A DNA stretch of 64,000 nt from Burkholderiaceae bacterium (GTDB lineage Bacteria; Pseudomonadota; Gammaproteobacteria; Burkholderiales; Burkholderiaceae_D): NCBI GenBank assembly GCA_963666295.1, contig OY762707.1, positions 570,726 to 634,725 of the forward strand, read 5' to 3'. This document shows positions 39,962-51,948 of the stretch, in pieces (the stretch's first letter is position 1; every line of letters begins with the position of its first letter). Position numbers and translations under genes: made by a program. Below the pieces are notes generated by a model that made no database searches, had not been told where the DNA came from, and saw only the letters and a program-made list of their open reading frames with translations.

Positions 39962-42079
39962 ATGCCGCACCCGAACCAGGATATTCGTAATCGCCTGCTT
40001 GTTGCCCGTTTACCAAAACTGCCTGAAGTACTCTTAAAGCTAATGGAATACTGTCAGTCGGAAGACGTCAGCATGGCAGCGCTGGCGGAGCTGGTTGCAC
40101 AAGACCCGGGCATTGCCAGTAAGATTATCGGTGTCGCCAACAGTTCAGCGTATCACCGCAGCCATGCCAAAAAGGTGAGCCTGGAGCAGTCGCTGATCGC
40201 GCTGGGCATGGAAATGATACGAATTCTGGTCATCAGCGAATCTGTATTTCAAACGATTAATGGTTTTTCGACCAGCGGCAATCTCGACATGCGTCGCTAT
40301 TGGAAGCACTCTCTGATGTCTGCATCCATCGCTCGAGATATTGCCAAAAAAATGGCGTACCCCCAAATTGATGAAGCCTACCTTGCCGGTTTGCTGCATG
40401 ACGTCGGACGCCTTGCCTTGCTGGCGGTGGCACCCAATGAGTACGCACCCTATTTTTACGCGGCAGATACTGAAAATCTGTGCGTGAGCGAGCAGCAGCT
40501 TTTCAGCATCACGCATCAGGAAGCCAGCGCGTGGCTAATCGAACGTTGGAACCTTGACTCTTTCATGGCTGACAGCGTGCTCTATCACCACGAGCCAGCA
40601 AACCGGATTGAAACGGCCCACCCGCTCATTCGCATCGTGATGACGGCGCATCTGCTTGCCGACCACGAGCACAGCGCGCCCATCGTTGCCATGGGCGGTG
40701 CCATTTGCGGCCTGGATAAAGAAGATCTGGCCAAAATAAGCAGCGATGCCGCCAAAAACATCCAGAAAACGGCCGGCTTCCTGGGGCTTGACCTGAACAA
40801 TCTGGATGAAGAACCTGCACCAGTCAGTTTTGTCCATGCGGTTCCTGCACAAAGGCAACTGAATGAAGAGTTGCACAATATTGCGCAAACCAACGAAGCC
40901 GCAAAAGTGTTCAAAAAACAGGAAAAAGTTCCCGAGCTGCTTGAAGCCATCAGCAAATCCGCGTGCATCCTGTTCAACCTGGACGAAGTCGTCATCTTCC
41001 TTGCTGATGATGGCAAACAATCACTGGTAGGCGTTCCCATCAATGAATATCGCAAGCGGCTCGATGGATTCTCGATTCCGTTAAATCGTGGCGACATCAT
41101 TGCCGAAGTCGCGCTCAGACAGCGTCCTGCTTTCATTACCAACGAAGCCAACAAGCTCGGCATCGCTGAAAAACAGATACTGCGCATTCTGGGCACGGAA
41201 TGTCTGGTCTGCTTGCCCCTATCCTCCGAGGGCAATAGCCTGGGGGTCATGATTGGCGGCGCCATGGCACATCAACGCACAGAATTCCAGCGTATTGCGC
41301 GTTTCCTCCAGTCCTTTGCCAACGAGGCTGCCGACCAGCTGCAAGCATTGTACAAAAAAGAAAAGGAAAACAAGCAGCACTCAGACTCACTTGCGGAAGA
41401 ATTACGTCTCGAATCGCTCAAACTTTCACATGAAATCAGCAACCCGCTTGCGATTGTCAAAAACTACCTGAGTTTGCTCGAAAACAAACTGGCCAGACAT
41501 GATTCCGTACATGGCGAAATTTCAGTACTTCATGAAGAAATTGACCGTGCAAGCACCATTCTTCGAGAATTTGCCAACCCACCGAAAAAAGCCGAGCGTC
41601 AAAGCAACAACATCAACCGGGTTATTGGCGATGTTGTCAAAACTTTCCGTGACACCGGATTTGCCAGTGAGGCAACGGAAATTGTCGCAACAACGGAAAA
41701 CCAGCCAGAGGAAGCCGATTGCGATGATGGCACGCTCAAGCAAATTTTGATTAATCTGGTGAAAAATGCCATTGAAGCCATGCCAAACGGCGGCAAAATT
41801 GAGGTGCGGAACGATGGCCATGTCCTGCGCGAAGGTCGAACTTATGTCAAGCTTTCGGTTACGGACAATGGGCCAGGCATTCCTCAAGAAGTTGCAGAAA
41901 AAATATTTTCACCCCTATACGAAAGTAGTGCTTCTCAAATGCGCGGTCTGGGTCTGAGCATTGTGCAAGATCTGGTTAAAAAAATAGATGGCATTATTGA
42001 CTACCAAAGCAGTTTATCTGGAACACGGTTTGAGGTTCTGCTGCCCACCTCACATAACACCATCACCGTCTTGCAATAG
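39962..42079 (+). CDS. HDOD-GAF sensor histidine kinase
   Basis: 705 aa. HDOD N-terminus (LPKLPEVLLKLMEY...AQDPGIASKIIGVANSSAY). H-box SHEISNPLA, N-box LVKNAIEAM, G1 DNGPGIP, G2 GLGLSIV. Confidence 0.8.
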   Translation: MPHPNQDIRNRLLVARLPKLPEVLLKLMEYCQSEDVSMAALAELVAQDPGIASKIIGVANSSAYHRSHAKKVSLEQSLIALGMEMIRILVISESVFQTINGFSTSGNLDMRRYWKHSLMSASIARDIAKKMAYPQIDEAYLAGLLHDVGRLALLAVAPNEYAPYFYAADTENLCVSEQQLFSITHQEASAWLIERWNLDSFMADSVLYHHEPANRIETAHPLIRIVMTAHLLADHEHSAPIVAMGGAICGLDKEDLAKISSDAAKNIQKTAGFLGLDLNNLDEEPAPVSFVHAVPAQRQLNEELHNIAQTNEAAKVFKKQEKVPELLEAISKSACILFNLDEVVIFLADDGKQSLVGVPINEYRKRLDGFSIPLNRGDIIAEVALRQRPAFITNEANKLGIAEKQILRILGTECLVCLPLSSEGNSLGVMIGGAMAHQRTEFQRIARFLQSFANEAADQLQALYKKEKENKQHSDSLAEELRLESLKLSHEISNPLAIVKNYLSLLENKLARHDSVHGEISVLHEEIDRASTILREFANPPKKAERQSNNINRVIGDVVKTFRDTGFASEATEIVATTENQPEEADCDDGTLKQILINLVKNAIEAMPNGGKIEVRNDGHVLREGRTYVKLSVTDNGPGIPQEVAEKIFSPLYESSASQMRGLGLSIVQDLVKKIDGIIDYQSSLSGTRFEVLLPTSHNTITVLQ

Positions 42080-42122
42080 AGGCGGCATCGAAAAAATGTG
42101 TTAAAAAAACTGAAAAAGCGCA

Positions 42123-44324
42123 ATGACCAACCGAAGCATCATGGCAGACATTTTTGCTGCGCAAAAACATGCCACATCAAGCAGTGACAACGTAACGCTT
42201 TCGCCACGCCTGTTGCTCGTAGACGACGAACCAAGGCTCCTGAAGAGCCTGAATGATTTGTTAAGCAACCGTGGTTATACACTGGCAACGGCGTCCAGAG
42301 GGCGTGATGCGATTCATATGCTGGTGGAAAAGCCCTTTGATTTGGTCTTGCTGGACTTGCGTCTGCCAGACATGAGCGGACATGAGATCATGGACGTCAT
42401 CAACGCCATGAATATTGACGTCAGCGTCATTGTCATCAGCGGTGAAGTCGGGATTGATTCAGCAATTGGCGCCCTTCAGCGCGGCGCATTCGATTATCTG
42501 CGCAAACCTTATTCGCCCGAAGAACTAATAAAGCGTATAGACAACGCCATCGTGCAGCGCCAACTGGAATTCAGAAACCAGCATATTGCCAGACAATTGA
42601 AGCATTCTGAGAAACTCTATCGCCAACTGGTCGACAATTCACCCGACATCATTTACATGCTGGATGAAAACGGGCGCTTTACGTTCATCAACAACCGTGT
42701 CTCACACTTGCTGGGCATCAGTCCCGACGAACTGATCGGAAAGCATTTCTCCATACTTATTCATAACAATGACGTTGAGCGCGCGCATCATGCCTTCAAC
42801 ACGCAACACGCTCAATCAAAAGTGACGTCACAAATTGAATTACGCTTGCAACATCATGGCGAGACCAAAGAGAAAGAGCTCATCTTCGAACATAGCCTTG
42901 CCACCGTCGAGTTGCACCTTTCAGAAACCGCGCCGGAAGGCAGACCCGCCGCTAGACAGCATGACAAGAACCTTTATTGCGTTGCACGCGACATTACCCA
43001 ACGCAAGCACGACCAGCAACTGATTTCCTTTCACACGCACCACGACACGCTGACCACACTCCCGAATCGTACCTTATTCAAAGATCAACTTGGACTGTCC
43101 ATCATTCAATCCAAGCGCAGCCAAAAGCATCTTTCCGTCATGTTCATCAACCTGGATCGCTTCAAACTGGTGAACGACACGCTTGGCTATATCAAAGGCG
43201 ATAAATTACTGCAAAAAGTCGCCGGACGCCTGCAAGCCTCGCTTCGCCAAGGCGACATGCTGGCAAGGTTGGGCGGTGATGAGTTTGCCTTGATCATGCA
43301 AAATCTCGACAGTGAACAAGATGCCTCAATCATTGCCGAGAAACTACTCGCGACGCTGCACCATCTATTTGATCTCGACGGCAACCAGGTTCACATTACC
43401 GCCAGCATCGGCTTGGCAAACTATCCCACAAACGGCTCAACCGCTGACGAGTTGATGCGCTGCGCCGACATTGCCATGAACCACGTCAAGGGGCAAGGCA
43501 AAAATGCATACGGTTTTTACGAAAACGCCATGCGGGATGCCTCACAGGAGAAAATCACCCTTGAGTTCAGTCTGCTCATGGCACTGGAGCGCAATGAACT
43601 GGAAATGTACTACCAGCCGCAAGTTGATGTGGAAACCGGAAAAATCATCGGCGCCGAAGCACTGATGCGCTGGAACCACCCCGAGCGCGGGCTGCTGTCT
43701 GCCGGCTTATTCATCCCATCCGCAGAAGAAAACGGCCTGATTCTTCCGATCAGCGACTGGATGCTTGGCGCCGTATGCAATGACATCCTGACCTGCCGCT
43801 CGCACGAACTGGATTCCGCCCACATTGCAATCAATGTTTCGCCCCAATATCTCGACCGCGGTGATTGCACGGAAAAAATCCGGAGTGCGCTGTTGCAATA
43901 CGCCATTGAGCCGACAATGGTGAAAGTCGAAATCACAGAAAACATTGGCATCAGCAACACGCAATATGCGCTTGAACAGCTCAACCAACTTTCAGCGCTT
44001 GGCGTTGGCGTTGCCATTGATGACTTTGGAACAGGCTATTCTTCCCTGTCCTACCTACACCGATTCCCCGTACACACCATCAAGATCGACCAGGCCTTTG
44101 TTCAGGAAATTCATTCTGAGGACGGACACTACCCGGTCATCCTCTCGATCATTTCCATTGCCCGCGGGCTTGGCCTGAATATCGTTGCAGAAGGCGTCGA
44201 AACCGAAATCCAGGCAAACTATCTGAGAAGTACAGGTTGCCATGTCATGCAAGGTTATTACTTCCACCGTCCAATGCCTCTTGCACAATTTATCGCACTG
44301 TTGAAGGCACAAAAAGCTGCCTGA
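42123..44324 (+). CDS. response regulator receiver-PAS-GGDEF-EAL protein
   Basis: 733 aa. LLLVDDEP / LVLLDLRLPDMSG receiver, RLGGDEFAL, then EAL-domain motifs YYQPQ, EITE, DDFGTGYSSL. Confidence 0.85.
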   Translation: MTNRSIMADIFAAQKHATSSSDNVTLSPRLLLVDDEPRLLKSLNDLLSNRGYTLATASRGRDAIHMLVEKPFDLVLLDLRLPDMSGHEIMDVINAMNIDVSVIVISGEVGIDSAIGALQRGAFDYLRKPYSPEELIKRIDNAIVQRQLEFRNQHIARQLKHSEKLYRQLVDNSPDIIYMLDENGRFTFINNRVSHLLGISPDELIGKHFSILIHNNDVERAHHAFNTQHAQSKVTSQIELRLQHHGETKEKELIFEHSLATVELHLSETAPEGRPAARQHDKNLYCVARDITQRKHDQQLISFHTHHDTLTTLPNRTLFKDQLGLSIIQSKRSQKHLSVMFINLDRFKLVNDTLGYIKGDKLLQKVAGRLQASLRQGDMLARLGGDEFALIMQNLDSEQDASIIAEKLLATLHHLFDLDGNQVHITASIGLANYPTNGSTADELMRCADIAMNHVKGQGKNAYGFYENAMRDASQEKITLEFSLLMALERNELEMYYQPQVDVETGKIIGAEALMRWNHPERGLLSAGLFIPSAEENGLILPISDWMLGAVCNDILTCRSHELDSAHIAINVSPQYLDRGDCTEKIRSALLQYAIEPTMVKVEITENIGISNTQYALEQLNQLSALGVGVAIDDFGTGYSSLSYLHRFPVHTIKIDQAFVQEIHSEDGHYPVILSIISIARGLGLNIVAEGVETEIQANYLRSTGCHVMQGYYFHRPMPLAQFIALLKAQKAA

Positions 44325-44404
44325 AAACGCACACGCCTTGATGCCCTCCACAATCATCATCAGCGGGTACAAGTAACGCAAGCACCAACGTTTAAGGGGG
44401 CAAT

Positions 44405-44761
44405 ATGAAAAGAGGAATCGCCGTAGCAATAACGATACTCATGATTGCGGGTTGCGCCAGCTACCGTCCTATTGTCGATATGCAGGGCGTGGATCCGTAT
44501 CTGTATGAAATGGACCTGAGAGAATGCCAGCAATATGCTGAACAAATTGACACCAGCTCTGAAGTGGTTGGCAGTACTGCCGTCGGCACCGTTTTTGGTG
44601 CAGCTATCGGCATTGCCGGAGGTGGGCGTAGCAGCCTCGGCACAGGCGCCGCCGTTGGCGCTGTCACGGGTGTCGCAGCCGGTGGCGCAAAAGCCTCTCG
44701 CGACAAAAATCAGGTCATCAGAAACTGCCTGACAGGCCGCGGCTATCGCGTGCTGCGCTGA
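44405..44761 (+). CDS. glycine-zipper outer-membrane lipoprotein
   Basis: 118 aa. Lipobox MIAGC, and a Gly/Ala-rich zipper GAAIGIAGGG...GAAVGAVTGVAAGG. Confidence 0.75.
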   Translation: MKRGIAVAITILMIAGCASYRPIVDMQGVDPYLYEMDLRECQQYAEQIDTSSEVVGSTAVGTVFGAAIGIAGGGRSSLGTGAAVGAVTGVAAGGAKASRDKNQVIRNCLTGRGYRVLR

Positions 44762-44785
44762 AGAAAGCGAAAGGCGGGCGAATTG

Positions 44786-45973
44786 CTAACAAGCCTGCCC
44801 GGCCGCAACGCCGGAGGCCCATGCCCAATGCAAATTAAAACCGCCCAGCCAGCCGCTGACATCCATCACTTCACCAACAAAAAACAGACCCGGCACTTTT
44901 TTGGCTTCCATCGTTTGTGAAGACAGCTCGTCCGTATTAACACCGCCCAGCGTGACTTCCGCCGTGCGATAGCCTTCAGTACCATTTAATTTAAGTTGCC
45001 ATTGGCTGAGCTTGAGCGCAACCTCCTCCATCTCACCCTGACTGAGTTGGTTGAGCGGTTTGTCAAGCAAGGCCACATCCAGCAAAGCATCAACCAGACG
45101 TCTCGGCAACCACTGACTTACCGTATTCCTCAAATTCTGCTTTGGCCGCCGGAGACACGCCTGCTCCAGCAATTCATATACATTTTTACCAGGCAAGAGA
45201 TCTATACAAATCGCTTCGCCAGGCTGCCAATAATTAGAGATTTGCAAGATCGCCGGGCCTGACAAGCCGCGATGCGTAAATAGCAGGGCCTCGCTAAATT
45301 GCTGGCCGCATGCGGCGGTAATACAGGCTGGCACAGCAATCCCGGAAAGCGTGCCCAACGGCTGTTTTTGTTCGGCATGCCAGGTAAACGGCACCAGACC
45401 CGCACGGGTCGGCACGACGTTCAAGCCGAACTGCTCGGCAAGCTGATAACCCAGTGGTGTCGCCCCCATTTTGGGTATCGACAAGCCACCCGTTGCAATC
45501 ACCAATGACTCGCTCTGATACTGCTTTCCACCTGCCTGGACCTCAAAACGCTGATCATCCGGTCGCTCCACACCTGTTATTTCCGCATCCAAAGTGATCG
45601 TCACGCCCGCCCAATCACACTCATTTCTCAATAGTTCCACAATCTGCCGGGCATTATCATTACAAAACAACTGACCGTGATCACGCTCGTGATATTCAAT
45701 GCCATGCCGCTCAATCAACTCGACAAAATCATTGGCCGAATAACGTGCCAAAGCAGATTTGACGAAATGCGGGTTGCTGCACAAATAGTTTTCGACGCCA
45801 ACATGCAAATTGGTGAAATTGCAGCTTCCGCCGCCACTAATGGCAATTTTCCGTCCAACTTTGCCGGCATGATCCAGCACCAGCACAGACCGACCGCGAT
45901 ACCCGGCCGTGGCAGCGCACATCAACCCTGCCGCACCCGCACCGATAACAATGACATCAAATTGTCGTGCCAT
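44786..45973 (-). CDS. NAD(P)/FAD-dependent oxidoreductase, HI0933/YhiN (BaiN-like) family
   Basis: Starts MARQFDVIVIGAGAAGL at ATG 45973. C-terminal GLFFVGEVMDVSGWLGGFNL is typical of this family. Confidence 0.8.
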   Translation of the reverse strand: MARQFDVIVIGAGAAGLMCAATAGYRGRSVLVLDHAGKVGRKIAISGGGSCNFTNLHVGVENYLCSNPHFVKSALARYSANDFVELIERHGIEYHERDHGQLFCNDNARQIVELLRNECDWAGVTITLDAEITGVERPDDQRFEVQAGGKQYQSESLVIATGGLSIPKMGATPLGYQLAEQFGLNVVPTRAGLVPFTWHAEQKQPLGTLSGIAVPACITAACGQQFSEALLFTHRGLSGPAILQISNYWQPGEAICIDLLPGKNVYELLEQACLRRPKQNLRNTVSQWLPRRLVDALLDVALLDKPLNQLSQGEMEEVALKLSQWQLKLNGTEGYRTAEVTLGGVNTDELSSQTMEAKKVPGLFFVGEVMDVSGWLGGFNLHWAWASGVAAGQAC

Positions 45974-46028
45974 AAAAAATGCCCCAGAAAATCTGAGGCA
46001 TTGTACCTTTCCTGAACGGAAAAAATCG

Positions 46029-46886
46029 TTAGACGCGCAAACGTCCAATATCAATCATCATCCCGGCATGGCCGATCTGAACAATCTGCTCGCCCATTTC
46101 TGCCAGCATTCTCTGGCCCGCTTTTTCACCCGTGCAATGGCATGGCACCATAAAAGTCGGCTCCCAGGCTTTCATTGCCTTGAGCGTTTCATCCATACGG
46201 TTTTGGTCAGCATTGACCAGATGCATCCCCCCTATGACGCCCTTTACCTTTTCAATACCGGTCAGCTTGCGAATGTAGTCAATCGTATTCACGACACCGG
46301 CGTGGCAGCACCCGACCAGAATCACCAGCCCTTCCTCAGTCTCAAACCACATCGACTGATCGTCTTCTATCAGGTCATCCGTAACGCTTTCTGTGTCCAG
46401 GAAGAAGGGGCCGCCAACATCTTCAAACGTCGTATGGCGTGGCACCTTGCCAGTCAGACCCACGCCCGGCATCAGGTAGAGATTTTTGGCATGTTCAACC
46501 ACGCGCTCCGCAGGCAATGCCTGGAGCGCCTGGCTAGAGGCTTCCTGAATATTGATGGTGCGCACCGGCGTGCCCGGTTTACAGCTAAAGCGATCCACAT
46601 GCACGCCTTCCACGTGATAAATCCTGGCCGTCGTATTCTGAGCCAGAAATTCCGGCACATTGCCCGTGTGATCAAAGTGGCCATGGCTCAGCACCAGCGC
46701 TTCAGGGTCTTTCAAGTCCAGGCCCAGTCTTTTCACGTTTTCCAGCGTAATTTCCGTCTGGCCGGTATCAAACAGAATTTTACGGCCACCAACATCAACC
46801 CAGACGGCAAAACCGTGCTCGGTCTCCAGACCTTCCTTTGCATCGTAATCCACTAACACGGTAATCTTGACTGCTTCATGCGCCAT
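46029..46886 (-). CDS. MBL-fold metallo-hydrolase
   Basis: SHGHFDHTG metal-binding motif. ATG 46886 is preceded by GGGAGG. Confidence 0.75.
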   Translation of the reverse strand: MAHEAVKITVLVDYDAKEGLETEHGFAVWVDVGGRKILFDTGQTEITLENVKRLGLDLKDPEALVLSHGHFDHTGNVPEFLAQNTTARIYHVEGVHVDRFSCKPGTPVRTINIQEASSQALQALPAERVVEHAKNLYLMPGVGLTGKVPRHTTFEDVGGPFFLDTESVTDDLIEDDQSMWFETEEGLVILVGCCHAGVVNTIDYIRKLTGIEKVKGVIGGMHLVNADQNRMDETLKAMKAWEPTFMVPCHCTGEKAGQRMLAEMGEQIVQIGHAGMMIDIGRLRV

Positions 46887-47001
46887 GCTGGCCTCCCTCA
46901 AATTAACTCAACCTCTCATTATCTTTTGTGCTGCCAAGCGACTCAACCGAAATAACCTTACAAAACACAAGGTTTTTCAGCTTGTCGTCCAAACAGCGAA
47001 T

Positions 47002-48018
<1,017 letters not shown>

Positions 48019-48097
48019 GTGGCCTCAACTCAAGCGGTTAATCACTATATTCACGGCATCATACCTGCCGAGCACACCTTTCCTCCAGCAAAAGCGC

Positions 48098-49393
48098 CTA
48101 TCTGGCCAAAACGCTTGGCAGTTCCTGCCAACTCGTCGTATAACGCGGCGTGCGGTTTTCTGATCGACCCTGCCGTGGCGCACCCAATCCTGCCGAAGCC
48201 AGCGCCAGCGTACTCCGTCCGAAACGCGCATTGACTGCATCCATCATAGCCATCACGCTGGCCGACTGCCGGTTCGCCGCATCATCGGAAAATAACCCTT
48301 GCTGCCGCATCGCAACCGGCGATAAAGCCAGCAAGGCGACACCCGCTTTCTGATACTGATAACCCTCGCGAAAAATTCGTTCAAGCCCTGAAAGTGCGGC
48401 TCCAGCCAATTGTCGCGTGTCATCCGTCGCCTCTGCCAGCGGCATCGTGATACTGTTGGCATATTGCCGGTCTTGCTCACAGAAACGGTTTGTCGCCAGA
48501 TAAACATGTACTGCACCGCACAACGAAGCCTGCTTGCGCAAACGCTCCGCCGCGCGAGTCACATGGGCAGAAACGGCCTCATTCAATCCGTCGAGCCGTG
48601 TCACCCGCACACCAAACGAGCGCGACGCGATGATCTGCTTTTGCGGTTGCGCCACCTCGTCCAGTGCCAGACAGGAATCCCCTTGCAATTCGCGCACAAC
48701 GCGCGCCATCACCACACCGAAACGCGCGCGCAACTGATCCTGTGGCGCTTCACGCAGCGCCTGTACATTTTCGATGCCCATTTGACGCAAACGCTCAGCC
48801 GATTTTCGGCCGATGCCCCACACCTCGCCGACGTCAATCTGCGCCAACAATGTTTCCTGTTTTGTGGCTGACATTGCGTGAAAATCGCACACACCATCAA
48901 ACTCTGGTCGCGTCTTGGCAATATGATTAGCCAGTTTAGCTAACGTCTTGGACGTAGCAATGCCAACGCACACCGGCAAGCCTGTCCACTGCAGGATACG
49001 CTGCCGCATCGCCAGCCCCATCTCCGCTGGCGACGCCCATAGCCGCCTCAAGCCGTCGAGACGCACGAAGCTCTCGTCAATCGAATACACCTCAACATCC
49101 GGGCTGAAATCGCGTAGAACCGCCACCACGCGATCACTCATGTCGCCATACAGGACGAAGTTGGAAGACAGCGCGACAATCCCGTACCGACGCGCCAAGT
49201 CTTTCATCTGAAACCACGGCGTGCCCATCTTGACACCCAGCGCCTTGACCTCATTCGAACGTGCGACCGCACAGCCATCGTTATTCGACAACACCACCAT
49301 TGGCCGCCGCTGCAAACGCAGATTAAACACGCGCTCACATGACACAAAAAAATTGTTGCAATCCACCAGTGCAAACAAGGAGCGCGCGCTCAT
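48098..49393 (-). CDS. umuC: translesion DNA polymerase V catalytic subunit (Y-family)
   Basis: FALVDCNNFFVSCERVF N-terminus and SIDESF motif. The ATG at 49393 overlaps the umuD stop. Confidence 0.9.
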   Translation of the reverse strand: MSARSLFALVDCNNFFVSCERVFNLRLQRRPMVVLSNNDGCAVARSNEVKALGVKMGTPWFQMKDLARRYGIVALSSNFVLYGDMSDRVVAVLRDFSPDVEVYSIDESFVRLDGLRRLWASPAEMGLAMRQRILQWTGLPVCVGIATSKTLAKLANHIAKTRPEFDGVCDFHAMSATKQETLLAQIDVGEVWGIGRKSAERLRQMGIENVQALREAPQDQLRARFGVVMARVVRELQGDSCLALDEVAQPQKQIIASRSFGVRVTRLDGLNEAVSAHVTRAAERLRKQASLCGAVHVYLATNRFCEQDRQYANSITMPLAEATDDTRQLAGAALSGLERIFREGYQYQKAGVALLALSPVAMRQQGLFSDDAANRQSASVMAMMDAVNARFGRSTLALASAGLGAPRQGRSENRTPRYTTSWQELPSVLAR

Positions 49394-49833
49394 ACGCGAT
49401 ACTTCCGAACCACCCCTACGACCACACCCCACACCTGCATTTCCTCGCCCTCTTTGAAGCGAATTGGCGGGTATGACGGATTCTCGGCGCGCAATTCCAG
49501 CACGCTGCCTCGCCGGTACAGGCGCTTCAACGTATATTCGTGATTAATCACCGCCACCACTATATGGCCGTGAAGGGGATCAACGGCGCGATCCACCAAC
49601 ACTTTGTCGCCATCCAGAATCCCTGCGCCGATCATGCTATTGCCCTCAACGCTGAAATAAAAGGAAGCGGCCCGATGCCGAATCAGGTAGGCATTGATAT
49701 CCAGACTGCCTTCTGCGCAATCCACCGCCGGCGAGGTAAAACCAGCCGGAATTTTTTGCAGCAGCAGCGGGAATTCATCCACCCCCGGCAACTCGCCTGC
49801 CGGAACCGGCGAAACACAACGACACAAATTCAT
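49390..49833 (-). CDS. umuD: LexA-like S24 peptidase, polymerase V accessory subunit
   Basis: 147 aa. GNSM Ser nucleophile and K in VAVINHEYTLKRL. Lies directly upstream of umuC. Confidence 0.85.
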   Translation of the reverse strand: MNLCRCVSPVPAGELPGVDEFPLLLQKIPAGFTSPAVDCAEGSLDINAYLIRHRAASFYFSVEGNSMIGAGILDGDKVLVDRAVDPLHGHIVVAVINHEYTLKRLYRRGSVLELRAENPSYPPIRFKEGEEMQVWGVVVGVVRKYRV

Positions 49834-49843
49834 AACGCACCCA

Positions 49844-49863
49844 TACTGTATATATTAACAGTA
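49844..49863. promoter_or_regulatory. LexA (SOS) box
   Basis: TACTGTATATATTAACAGTA, i.e. CTGT-N8-ACAG, near-identical to the gamma/beta-proteobacterial consensus. Lies 11 nt upstream of the umuD start. Confidence 0.85.
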
Positions 49864-50166
49864 TAAGTGCGTCTGCAAAAAAAGAAAACAAAGGGCAACC
49901 CCTTTGTGGCCGCCCTCCGAAAACTATTGATGCGGCACGAATAAATTTGAAATATGCGCATGTCATGCCAGCGCAGGCTAGCATCCAGCGTCGTTAAGAT
50001 GCCGCTTGGGTCTCAGGCTTACGCTGCAGAGCAAAGCCACTGGGCCCCAGCCTAGGCTGGGGCGACTCAAGGGGCTCAAACTTGAATACTTCAAACTTCA
50101 ACTAGCCGAATCAATAATGACCGCTTTGCAAAGTTGCCAAGGCTCCTTTCAAGCGTACAAGCAAAA

Positions 50167-51915
50167 TTAAAACTCTTCCCAATCATCGCCTGCCGACGCA
50201 CTGGCAACCTTGACGCGCTCTGATTCCGCCGATTCAGTTGAATGGACGGGTAACCGTGTAACATTCTGCGCACGATTCGGTCCACGGCGTTCCACTTTCC
50301 TGACCACTTCCAGTTTTTTCACGGAAGATGACGCACGGGAACGATTACTGCCAGACTCAGACAGGCGGACTTGGTTTGTGTCCAGCCTGAAAACGCTGAC
50401 CACATCTGTTAGCACTTTTGACTGATCCTGCAAGCTCTCCGCAGCCGCTGCCGCTTCTTCAACCAACGCCGCATTTTGCTGCGTCACCTGATCCATCTGG
50501 ATGACAGCCTGATTCACCTGCTCAATCCCTTCGCTTTGCTCCTGGCTCGCCGCCGTGATCTCTGCCATGATGTCATGCACACGCTTGATGCTGTTTACCA
50601 CCTCCTCCATCGTGGAACCGGCCGTCTCTACCAGCTTGCTGCCTTCGCTGACCTTGTCAACCGAGTTGTCAATCAGCTCCTTGATCTCGCGCGCCGCCGC
50701 CGCACTGCGCTGCGCCAGACTGCGCACCTCGGTTGCAACCACCGCAAAGCCTCTTCCTTGCTCGCCCGCACGCGCCGCTTCGACCGCCGCATTCAAAGCC
50801 AGAATATTGGTCTGAAAGGCAATGCCATCAATCACGCCAATAATGTCCGACATCTTCTTGGAAGACTCGTTGATCGCTCCCATGGTTTCAACCACCTCGG
50901 AAACCACTTCTCCACCTCGAATCGCCACATCAGAGGCCGTCACAGCCAGCTGATTCGCCTGACGCGCATTCTCGGCATTCTGACGCACCGTGGAGGTCAA
51001 CTCTTCCATCGAGGAAGCTGTCTCTTCCAGTGAACTGGCCTGCTGCTCGGTGCGTGAGGACAGATCCATGTTGCCAGAGGCGATCTGCTGAGAAGCTGTC
51101 GCAATGGTTTCTGTACTGCTACGCACATCACCAACAATCCTGATCAGGCTCTCATTCATGTCCTTGAGTGCCTGGAGCAGTTGACCGGTCTCGTCTCTGG
51201 ATTGCACTTCAATTCGACTAGTCAGATCGCCTTTGGCTACCGTCTGTGCAACTTTCACCGCCTCGCTCATTGGCCCCGTAATTGAACGCGTCACCCAGAA
51301 AGCAACAAGGAAAGCGAGCACAACCGCTGCGCCAGTCAACCCGATCATCAATGTGCGAGAAAACGCATAAATTTCAGCCGCGCTATTCCCTGACGCATCC
51401 ATCAAGCTGACCTGATAGTCAATCAGTTTATTCAGCGCTTCCATGTACCCCAACTGAACCGGACGTAACTCGCCAACCAGCAACTTGAACGCCTCCTCCT
51501 TTTGACCACCCTCAATCAGCTTGTCAAAACGATTAATGATCGGCACCCACTTTTGGCGATAAGCTCCGACCTGATCCAATAATTTACGGCCCTGAGGTGA
51601 TTTAATACCGCTATCCAACTCCTGCAAATATTGATGGGCTTCTCTTGATGCCACCGCAACTTTTGCGCTTTCCGCCTTAACCTTCTCAGGGTCTTTCAAC
51701 AAAATCATGTTGCGAAAATAGCGTGCCTCTCTGTTTAAGCGGACGATATAGTGGTGCGCAGCAAGAATCTTGGGCGCCCGATCATGAACAATAATGTTCG
51801 TTTCGGCATTCATCGCACTCATTCTCATCGTGCCTATGGCAGCCATTGCAGCCATGAGCGCGACCACCACAAAAAAGCCGATGCCTAAACGAGCGCCAAT
51901 TCTCATGTTTTTCAT
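50167..51915 (-). CDS. methyl-accepting chemotaxis protein (4-helix-bundle sensor, HAMP)
   Basis: 582 aa. Highly conserved signalling hairpin [30 protein letters not shown]. Confidence 0.9.
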   Translation of the reverse strand: MKNMRIGARLGIGFFVVVALMAAMAAIGTMRMSAMNAETNIIVHDRAPKILAAHHYIVRLNREARYFRNMILLKDPEKVKAESAKVAVASREAHQYLQELDSGIKSPQGRKLLDQVGAYRQKWVPIINRFDKLIEGGQKEEAFKLLVGELRPVQLGYMEALNKLIDYQVSLMDASGNSAAEIYAFSRTLMIGLTGAAVVLAFLVAFWVTRSITGPMSEAVKVAQTVAKGDLTSRIEVQSRDETGQLLQALKDMNESLIRIVGDVRSSTETIATASQQIASGNMDLSSRTEQQASSLEETASSMEELTSTVRQNAENARQANQLAVTASDVAIRGGEVVSEVVETMGAINESSKKMSDIIGVIDGIAFQTNILALNAAVEAARAGEQGRGFAVVATEVRSLAQRSAAAAREIKELIDNSVDKVSEGSKLVETAGSTMEEVVNSIKRVHDIMAEITAASQEQSEGIEQVNQAVIQMDQVTQQNAALVEEAAAAAESLQDQSKVLTDVVSVFRLDTNQVRLSESGSNRSRASSSVKKLEVVRKVERRGPNRAQNVTRLPVHSTESAESERVKVASASAGDDWEEF

Positions 51916-51948
51916 CTTTTTCTCCTCTTTATCTTGGTTGACGCGACA

